In this document: positions 57,649 to 64,000 of the stretch, one piece after another | How positions within the stretch are numbered: position 1 is the first letter of the stretch | Layout: every line of letters begins with the position of its first letter | DNA from: a phage | Length of the DNA: 64,000 bases | Direction: 5' to 3' (one strand) | Assembly (NCBI GenBank): GCA_014435945.1 | Contig: GCA_014435945.1_4088.1 | Position numbers and translations under genes: made by a program | The notes under the pieces: model-generated | Seen by the model: only the letters and a program-made list of their open reading frames with translations | Database searches by the model: none | Told to the model about the DNA's origin: nothing

Positions 57649-57737
57649 AAATATTATCACAGTACTATTGACATAGTTTGATAGTACTGGCATAATAGAT
57701 TTTATCAAGACAACATATTAATTTAAGGAATACAAAA

Positions 57738-58061
57738 ATGGCTAAAACTATCATTAACACCGTTTCCCTGGCTGCAATCCGTGCAATCAATGTTGACGGT
57801 AAACGTTGGACTGATTCATATGGCAATACTTATCATTCTTGTCATGTAAGCGTTGAACTGGATAACGGTTTGAATGATCTGGCGGTTGAATCATTTACTT
57901 ATGGCTATGAAGATGCATATCAACAAACGGCGTTATCTCTCTTAAAGGAATCAGTAGACGGGCTTAATACTGATGAAACCTCCCTTACTCGTGTGTGCAA
58001 TGATCTTAATATCCCGTTGCATTGTACTGTACAGAATGTTAAACGCAAAAAAGATCTTTAA
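57738..58061 (+). CDS. hypothetical protein
   Basis: ORF track. Confidence 0.5.
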   Translation: MAKTIINTVSLAAIRAINVDGKRWTDSYGNTYHSCHVSVELDNGLNDLAVESFTYGYEDAYQQTALSLLKESVDGLNTDETSLTRVCNDLNIPLHCTVQNVKRKKDL

Positions 58062-58141
58062 TTAGCTTTACTTTATGCAGATACTTTGATATAGTGTCTG
58101 CATAGGGGAAAGAAATTAAATTAACTTAAGAGGATCGTATA

Positions 58142-58411
58142 ATGAAAAATATCAGTACTTTAATCGATGCAGGTACTCATGTTCGTCGGTCTATGGTTGC
58201 AACCAGTACTACAAAACAAGTAGCGAGCGGTTATCTTGTATTTGTGCACGATGGTAAACTCCTGGAACGTTCAATCAATTTTGATGTTAAAAACAATTGC
58301 CGTTTTATTATCTTTAAGCGTGAGCAATATAAAATTGATTTACCAGCAAAGCCCATTAGTGGGGCGTACAACGTGCAATCATTGTTTGAACGTCAACCAT
58401 ACACCTATTAA
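58142..58411 (+). CDS. hypothetical protein
   Basis: ORF track; SD GAGGA. Confidence 0.5.
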   Translation: MKNISTLIDAGTHVRRSMVATSTTKQVASGYLVFVHDGKLLERSINFDVKNNCRFIIFKREQYKIDLPAKPISGAYNVQSLFERQPYTY

Positions 58412-58462
58412 TCAAAACATCGTTAGCGGTCGATTCAGGCCGCTTATATTGGGGATTATACC

Positions 58463-58735
58463 ATGAACGTTAATCAAGTACTGAATGAGATCGAAAGCAT
58501 CATTAAACCGATGAAGCGTACTGATGCTATGTTAACACCGGAAGAATGCCGCCTTTATGAGCGTTACAGCGTCGAACAAGTCCAGGCAATGGCTATGGCT
58601 ACCCCAGCCGTTAAACCGCCTGAGAATGCGTTACAGGACGTTACAGGGGATTATATCATCAATCCAGTACTAGGGAAGATGGCTGCAATCACCGAAGATC
58701 AACAAGACTACTTAAGCCAGTACTTAAAAGGTTAA
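58463..58735 (+). CDS. hypothetical protein
   Basis: ORF track. Confidence 0.5.
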   Translation: MNVNQVLNEIESIIKPMKRTDAMLTPEECRLYERYSVEQVQAMAMATPAVKPPENALQDVTGDYIINPVLGKMAAITEDQQDYLSQYLKG

Positions 58736-58740
58736 TTAAT

Positions 58741-58950
58741 ATGCTTACTGTACAGGATAAGATCGACATCTTAAAGGTTAATATGTATGTGATTGATGCC
58801 GTACCTGGTAAAGTATTTGCATACGATGACACTACTGTAAGCGATTTCTACTATAGCCAGGCCGTGGGGGATCTTTCTGTACAGTCGGTTATTGAAAACG
58901 TAGTTAATGCAGCGTATGAGCATTTACTTTCAAATAGTACTTGCAATTAG
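58741..58950 (+). CDS. hypothetical protein
   Basis: ORF track. Confidence 0.45.
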   Translation: MLTVQDKIDILKVNMYVIDAVPGKVFAYDDTTVSDFYYSQAVGDLSVQSVIENVVNAAYEHLLSNSTCN

Positions 58951-59019
58951 TTTTTAAACGCGTATAATGTTTTACATGAAGGGGAGAAATGATTCTCCCC
59001 ACTAATTAAGGAATATGAA

Positions 59020-59166
59020 ATGAAAGCATCAAAAAAGAGTACTAACAAGAAAGCACGTTCAACCTTAGATGGGGTATTCCCTTTACGTTTTGTTGATGAA
59101 GTAGTTTCCTACCCGCCGGGCCTTACTCCTGAGATGGTAGAAAGTTTGCGTAAATCTAAAAAATAG
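59020..59166 (+). CDS. putative 48-aa basic protein (MKASKKSTNKKARS...)
   Basis: Read manually; promoter, hairpin and SD AAGGAA upstream. Confidence 0.4.
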   Translation: MKASKKSTNKKARSTLDGVFPLRFVDEVVSYPPGLTPEMVESLRKSKK

Positions 59167-59248
59167 TACTTGCAATTAGTTTTTAGTACTGTATAATAGT
59201 TTACATGAAGGGGAAAACGTTCCCCTTACACCTAACGAGGAAAGTATA

Positions 59249-59500
59249 ATGGAAACAATTTTAATCAAAGACACTGCTACTACTGTAACTTATGATAATG
59301 ATTGCATTATCCCAGGGACTGAGTACGGCGAACGTGTACCCGTTCAAGTAGAGATTGATACCACATACATCGACAAGGCTGACCAGTGTATCACTATTGT
59401 AATTGGTGAATATCGTTTTCTACCAGAAGAGATCCAAAAATGGCAGAATATGATTGACCGTGCGAAATTAGTCGCACAAAGTTTAAAATACAAAGTTTAA
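59249..59500 (+). CDS. hypothetical protein
   Basis: ORF track. Confidence 0.5.
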   Translation: METILIKDTATTVTYDNDCIIPGTEYGERVPVQVEIDTTYIDKADQCITIVIGEYRFLPEEIQKWQNMIDRAKLVAQSLKYKV

Positions 59501-59586
59501 AATAATACTTGCAATTAGTTTTTAAACGCGTATAATGTTTTACATGAAGGGGAGAAATGATTCTCCCCAATAACAGGAGAAACAAA

Positions 59587-59739
59587 ATGAAACAATACAA
59601 CGCTCGGTTTGATGTTACTATCGGTAACGGCAAAGGTCAATTCTCTTTCAGTACTCGCAAAAGTTATACAGAAAACTTCCTGCGTAATTGTGCACTGACC
59701 GCCGCACAAATTAAACATTACTTTCAGGCTAAAAAATGA
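59587..59739 (+). CDS. putative 50-aa protein
   Basis: ATG after SD AGGAGA. Confidence 0.4.
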   Translation: MKQYNARFDVTIGNGKGQFSFSTRKSYTENFLRNCALTAAQIKHYFQAKK

Positions 59740-59825
59740 AATCATTAGCTTATTACAGTTCGGCCCTGGTCGGTGCATTGATCGCGGCATTGTTAGTAAC
59801 CTATCTATTCTTTATGGTGATTTAA
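59736..59825 (+). CDS. putative 29-aa single-TM peptide (MKSLAYYSSALVGALIAALLVTYLFFMVI)
   Basis: Read manually; ATGA overlap with upstream stop. Confidence 0.3.
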   Translation: MKSLAYYSSALVGALIAALLVTYLFFMVI

Positions 59826-59969
59826 ATGAATCCAACAGGCTTAAATTATAAAAGTTGTTCGGCGTTTACGAAAGCAAATAAAGCGAATGCACGTAAAGCG
59901 AAAGTACAGGAATACATCAAGCAAGGCATGACGCGAAAGGCGGCGATTCTAAAAGCTAAAAATAAATGA
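59826..59969 (+). CDS. putative 47-aa basic protein
   Basis: Read manually; directly follows previous stop. Confidence 0.35.
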   Translation: MNPTGLNYKSCSAFTKANKANARKAKVQEYIKQGMTRKAAILKAKNK

Positions 59970-59974
59970 AAAAA

Positions 59975-60010
59975 GTGGTTGACTCCGGTCAGCCATTTTG
60001 CTATTATATA
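59975..60010 (+). promoter_or_regulatory. PeSL-like terminator-promoter cassette
   Basis: gtggttgactccggtcagccattttgctattat. Confidence 0.6.
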
Positions 60011-60179
60011 TTCATTGAGAGATAGCTCACTAGCCCACAGGGTGCATAAGTGTATCTATTATATAAGTATTGAGTACTGAAAACTATTTTTAAAAAGTAC
60101 TTGCAAACTATCTCAATAAGCGTATAATGTTTTACATCGCAAGGGGAAATGGTTTCCCCTGGTAATAAGGAAACGAATC

Positions 60180-60521
60180 ATGACTATCTCAATTGCTCAA
60201 TCTAACTTTGAAAATGAAATCATCGCCCAGGCACTGCGTTTAAATGATGGTCGGGCCGAAATTAATTACGGTTTCAATTCAGGCGGTTGTGAAAAATATC
60301 AGTACTTTGTAACGGCTGATGGCGGTGTCCTGGGGATCAATACAGTTATTGTAAACATTCAGAAAATTAATTTCAATGATCCAGAAGATAGCCAGTTTTA
60401 CATCACGGGCGTGAACGTGAACTATGAGGATGATTATCTAACTGATGATCACACTGGCGAGAAGTTAGAAAGTGCATACGGTGAAGATGATTATCAGTCC
60501 GGTCCAGAAGATTTCGAATAA
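60180..60521 (+). CDS. hypothetical acidic protein
   Basis: ORF track. Confidence 0.5.
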   Translation: MTISIAQSNFENEIIAQALRLNDGRAEINYGFNSGGCEKYQYFVTADGGVLGINTVIVNIQKINFNDPEDSQFYITGVNVNYEDDYLTDDHTGEKLESAYGEDDYQSGPEDFE

Positions 60522-60616
60522 TATAAAAAATAGTTTGACAATAGATTATAGTACTGTATAATAGTTTACATCAAGGGGAGAGATGATTCTCCCCACTAAC
60601 AGAGAGAGAAAACAAA

Positions 60617-60799
60617 ATGGCTGAATTAATCGCTCGGAATACAATTGAAGGCATTGAAGATGTAACGTTGTCCTATGATTCAGATAAAAAAGTTTATGTT
60701 GTTCGTTATGGTTTGATTGGTGTTAACGTTGATTATATTGATGAAGCCTTTGAAAAATACTTTGAATTTATTAATATGGCTTATAATGATTATCGTTAA
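60617..60799 (+). CDS. hypothetical protein
   Basis: ORF track. Confidence 0.5.
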   Translation: MAELIARNTIEGIEDVTLSYDSDKKVYVVRYGLIGVNVDYIDEAFEKYFEFINMAYNDYR

Positions 60800-60889
60800 A
60801 AAATAGTTTGACAATAGTTTTAAGTACTGTATAATAGTTTTCATCAAGGGGAGAAAAACTTCTCCCCACTAACAGAGAGAGAAAGCAAA

Positions 60890-61102
60890 ATGGCTAATAT
60901 CTGCACTGTACTGAAAAATGCAAAACAAGTTTTATTTTCTGATCACGATCATTTAAACAAGGATATTACGGGCGTTCGGAATATCAAAGATGTAAAAAGT
61001 GTTATGGGTATCTATTGCAATATGAAACGTGTTGGTACGTTCGGCGACAAAGTACTATACCAGGCAGGGGATTATAACTTTACATTAACCATTATCAATT
61101 AA
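60890..61102 (+). CDS. hypothetical protein
   Basis: ORF track. Confidence 0.5.
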   Translation: MANICTVLKNAKQVLFSDHDHLNKDITGVRNIKDVKSVMGIYCNMKRVGTFGDKVLYQAGDYNFTLTIIN

Positions 61103-61192
61103 AATATATTACCAGTACTATTGACAACGTTTGATAGTACTGTATAATAAGTTTTATAAACAGTAGTTAACTTAACCTAAGAGAGAAACAAA

Positions 61193-61336
61193 ATGATCGC
61201 ACTGGATTCATTCATCGACGCAGTACTGGCAAAAACTGGCGAGGATCTGACCGCAGAACAATACGCGATGATCGAGCAATGTCAGCAAAACGGTAAATCG
61301 GTGAAAGATACTGTTAAGATTATCCGCAAGATGTAA
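61193..61336 (+). CDS. putative 47-aa protein (MIALDSFIDAVLAK...)
   Basis: Read manually; promoter at 61120-61150; SD GAGAGA; terminator follows. Confidence 0.4.
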   Translation: MIALDSFIDAVLAKTGEDLTAEQYAMIEQCQQNGKSVKDTVKIIRKM

Positions 61337-61342
61337 GATTAT

Positions 61343-61370
61343 AGCCCACTGGTTAACGCTGGTGGGCTTT
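61343..61370 (+). terminator. probable terminator hairpin AGCCCAC..GTGGGCT with short T tail
   Basis: Inverted repeat. Confidence 0.45.
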
Positions 61371-61441
61371 AATCATTTACCCTATACAATGCCAGTACTA
61401 AACCGTTTATCTCGTTAGAATGCGTTACAGGACGTTTAACA

Positions 61442-61639
61442 ATGATTAGCATGAAATCAGTACAAAAACAAATAGAAACATTATCAAAAATTAAACGTAA
61501 ACAATACTCCTTAGAATATACAATCAATGGTAACTATCATCTAATGAAAGAAAATAATTTTATAGTCATTGATGAATCATTGCAAATTATTAGTATAGTA
61601 CTGAAAGCATTAATCAATGACAGAAAAAAATTAAAATAA
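61442..61639 (+). CDS. hypothetical protein
   Basis: ORF track. Confidence 0.4.
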   Translation: MISMKSVQKQIETLSKIKRKQYSLEYTINGNYHLMKENNFIVIDESLQIISIVLKALINDRKKLK

Positions 61640-61968
61640 TCTATTGACAATATCCTCCAGTACTGGCATAATACTTACATCAAGACGAGAACGTCACTAA
61701 CCCATAGGGTGCACAAATGTAACTATATAATATCGATCAATAAATGATCAAAAAAGTACTGGATCAATTTAGCATAAGGAGTATAATTCTGATCAATTCT
61801 TGATCAAAGGCAATAAACGCAGTTGAATTTATATAGACAATACAAAGGCGTTACTATCCGTGGTAATGCTGGTGGATATGTAGTATCATATGGTTTGAAT
61901 AAGATAAACACTAGTAGTATTATTGTAGCATTACAGTACTATAGTATTTTTATAATGAGGTTAAAATA

Positions 61969-62226
61969 ATGGCTGTAGGATTTGCGAAGGACGGGGCCGA
62001 ACAAGACGAGATTAACGCAGTGATTCAGGCCGCTGTAAACCACGCTAGAAAGCAAATTAACGCACAAAGAGAATCACTGGTACATTGCCTCGACTGCGGC
62101 GATAAAATTCCTGAGAATCGACGCCAGGCCGTTATAGGGTGCATGTATTGTATTACTTGCCAGGAGGATCATGATAGTACTTTTAAAAGAGATCCGCGTA
62201 ATTGTTGGCATAGATCTATGAGATAA
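61969..62226 (+). CDS. TraR/DksA-family C4 zinc-finger protein
   Basis: CLDCGDKIPENRRQAVIGCMYCITCQ matches the CxxC-N17-CxxC DksA/TraR signature. Confidence 0.7.
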   Translation: MAVGFAKDGAEQDEINAVIQAAVNHARKQINAQRESLVHCLDCGDKIPENRRQAVIGCMYCITCQEDHDSTFKRDPRNCWHRSMR

Positions 62227-62290
62227 AAAGTAATTGACAGTACTGAAAGATAGTGTATAATGTTTTATATCTTAACTGAGGATAGAAATC

Positions 62291-62647
62291 ATGGGAATAC
62301 AACATATCACGCGTACTACTGACAATGGCGAGATCACTGGTTATCAAGTACAGGGCAAAGTAGCACAATTGCAGTACTGGTTTGTTAAACGTGGAATCAT
62401 TGCACCGGATCTTGATTATGACCGTGTAGCGTTTATTGATTCTCTTTATGTTGATCCTGATAGTCGGGGCAATGGTGAAGGTAACGAATTAATGAATGCC
62501 TTTATCGATGCCGCCGATGATTCAGATTGTATCATCTTAGAATGCGATACGGGAGAAGATAACGCCTTTAATCTTAAAGAATGGTACGAAGGTTTCGGAT
62601 TCGAGGTATTGATAGATAGTGAATATCCTATCATGATTTTATCATAG
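62291..62647 (+). CDS. possible small GNAT-like acetyltransferase
   Basis: Weak motif-A-like segment VDPDSRGNGEGNELMNAF. Confidence 0.35.
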   Translation: MGIQHITRTTDNGEITGYQVQGKVAQLQYWFVKRGIIAPDLDYDRVAFIDSLYVDPDSRGNGEGNELMNAFIDAADDSDCIILECDTGEDNAFNLKEWYEGFGFEVLIDSEYPIMILS

Positions 62648-62725
62648 TACTTGCATTTAGTTTTCAGTACTGTTATAGTACTTGCATCAAGGGGAAACAT
62701 CTTCCCCTACTAAGAGGAAATAAAA

Positions 62726-62914
62726 ATGGAAAACTTATCAAGTATTTTAGTACAAGATGATTTCGGTAATCCTGGAAGTGCTATCATTGTTCGGGGTAAT
62801 AAAGCAACGTTTGTTATTGCTGGTGGACCCGTACAGCGTAGCATTAAAAATAATGCTGTTACCATTAATAATGTACGCTATCGCTTAGATAAAGAATTAA
62901 TTCATAAACTGTAA
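62726..62914 (+). CDS. hypothetical protein
   Basis: ORF track. Confidence 0.5.
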   Translation: MENLSSILVQDDFGNPGSAIIVRGNKATFVIAGGPVQRSIKNNAVTINNVRYRLDKELIHKL

Positions 62915-62999
62915 AAAAGTACTGGACAATAGATTATAGTACTGTATAATAAGTTACATGAAGGGGAGAAATGATTCTCCCCACTAAGAGGAAAGAAAA

Positions 63000-63212
63000 A
63001 TGCAAGGTCAACTAATCGTTCGTAAATGGTCTGATACTAACGCTAAACCGTGGGATGTACAATACATCGCCCCCAATGGTGAATCACGTTATCAGCCAGG
63101 TGTAACGCATAGTACTGAGCAATTCGCCGCCGCTCACCGTGAACGCCTGTTACAATCAATGCAGCAAGGTTTCGGTGAAAAATTCATTCAGGATCATTGG
63201 CTGAAAGATTAA
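63000..63212 (+). CDS. hypothetical protein
   Basis: ORF track. Confidence 0.5.
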   Translation: MQGQLIVRKWSDTNAKPWDVQYIAPNGESRYQPGVTHSTEQFAAAHRERLLQSMQQGFGEKFIQDHWLKD

Positions 63213-63298
63213 AAAGTACTTGCACTGTACTGAATAAAGTGTATAATGTTTTATATCGGAAGGGGAATAGTTCCCCTCCGAACAAAGAGGAAAGTATA

Positions 63299-63472
63299 AT
63301 GGTCCAGGTAGAATTAACAGTACTGAAAGATCTGTTTTATCGGATTGGTACTACTGGCGAATATCCGAAGGGTGATAATGCAAAACTTTACGTATCACTC
63401 GACTTATGGCAACGCGAACAATTAGCAACGGCCTGGCGTAAAGGCAAAGCAGATAGCGAGGTGAAAGCATGA
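63299..63472 (+). CDS. hypothetical 57-aa protein
   Basis: ATG after SD AGAGGAAAG. Confidence 0.45.
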   Translation: MVQVELTVLKDLFYRIGTTGEYPKGDNAKLYVSLDLWQREQLATAWRKGKADSEVKA

Positions 63473-63618
63473 AAGAATTCTTATTTGAAGTAGTGTTTCA
63501 AGGTGTCGGTAGTAACCAACTGATTCGCTCAAGTGGTTATAATGTTAACCAGGCATGGAATAACATTAAACAAATGTACCCGAACGCTATCACATATCGC
63601 AACCCGAAAGAAGTTTAA
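63469..63618 (+). CDS. putative 49-aa protein
   Basis: Read manually; ATGA overlap with upstream stop. Confidence 0.35.
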   Translation: MKEFLFEVVFQGVGSNQLIRSSGYNVNQAWNNIKQMYPNAITYRNPKEV

Positions 63619-63634
63619 AAATAATTGAAAAAGG

Positions 63635-63668
63635 GATTGACTCCGGTCAGTCCCTTTGCTATTATATA
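63635..63668 (+). promoter_or_regulatory. PeSL-like terminator-promoter cassette
   Basis: gggattgactccggtcagtccctttgctattat. Confidence 0.6.
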
Positions 63669-63796
63669 CGCATAGAAACAAATCAGCCCACAGGGTGCAT
63701 AAATGTATCTATTGTTTGCTGGTGGCTAGTACTGAAAACTATTTTTAAAAAGTACTTGCATTGTACTTAGAATAAAGTATAATGTTTTACATCAGG

Positions 63797-63885
63797 ACGG
63801 GGAACGAAACAAGTAACCCCGTTAAGTAGTCCAGGAGTAAGACATACGAAAAACTCCCCTGATAAAATAGTTTGACAATAGAAAG
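63797..63885 (+). ncRNA. candidate structured RNA element between tandem promoters (copy 2)
   Basis: Near-identical to 52640-52735. Confidence 0.35.
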
Positions 63886-63931
63886 TAAAAGAGTATAATA
63901 CTTACATCAACCACTGATAAGGAAACATAAA

Positions 63932-64000
63932 ATGCGGATTCTACTGACAGCTAACGAAATCGAACAAGTACTGACTACTAACCTGGAAGACTGGAAACGT
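63932..64000 (+). CDS. hypothetical protein, 3'-truncated by window end
   Basis: ATG after SD AAGGAAA; open to the edge. Confidence 0.35.
   Translation, partial: MRILLTANEIEQVLTTNLEDWKR

Noticed and set aside
14974-59790. Other overlapping ORFs (14974..15180 +, 54381..54566 -, 56329..56616 -, 56793..57014 +, 56824..57060 -, 57469..57708 -, 58236..58466 +, 59394..59633 -, 59515..59790 -, 62446..62700 -)
   Set aside because: Each overlaps a better-supported + strand gene with promoter and SD, or spans promoter and terminator sequence.
3449-63472. Long 5' extensions of several track ORFs (3449, 5133, 6244, 6942, 9074, 13520, 14174, 14499, 16930, 45035, 46604, 47386, 47564, 51423, 51749, 54071, 54469, 56116, 56842, 59557, 63197)
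   Set aside because: Extensions overlap the upstream gene or run through promoter and hairpin sequence; an internal ATG with an SD immediately after the upstream stop was preferred.

Overview
AT-rich, very gene-dense window that reads as part of a large virulent T4-type phage genome. This assignment rests on two things seen directly: a clear DenV (endonuclease V, pyrimidine-dimer glycosylase) homolog at 17420-17935, and about 10 copies of a roughly 45 bp terminator/early-promoter cassette (UUCG-loop hairpin containing TTGACT, T-run, TATAAT) that matches the PeSL 'promoter-early stem-loop' cassettes described in RB49-like phages. No rRNA, tRNA, CRISPR array, integrase or transposase was recognised. 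Layout: (1) 1-22.7 kb, a + strand run of about 60 small early-type genes, many encoding secreted, lipo- or small membrane proteins, plus denV, a Zn-ribbon/Vsr-like nuclease and a P-loop ATPase; (2) 22.8-43.9 kb, a minus-strand tandem array of 17 paralogous genes (369-398 aa) that all begin with the same peptide MLPF(A/V)RM(V/F)(K/D)YGN and carry RCC1-like repeats, most with their own hairpin terminator, -10-only promoter and strong SD; (3) 44.0-49.0 kb, a divergently transcribed + strand array of 22 paralogous mini-genes (59-75 aa), four of them below the 60-aa ORF cutoff; (4) 49.0-51.0 kb, an ORF-free, repeat-rich region with iteron-like direct repeats and dense AGTACT palindromes; (5) 51-64 kb, + strand small genes of slightly higher GC, each preceded by a near-identical sigma70-like promoter and a G/C-clamped leader hairpin, with conserved structured non-coding elements and intergenic repeats. 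The most interesting candidate for an undescribed system is the roughly 26 kb island of two back-to-back paralog arrays (RCC1-like proteins with a shared N-terminal leader, and the mini-protein family), flanked by a third family of small membrane proteins. All functional calls other than DenV, the TraR/DksA zinc finger and the promoter/terminator motifs are inference from sequence patterns; no database search or computation was run.
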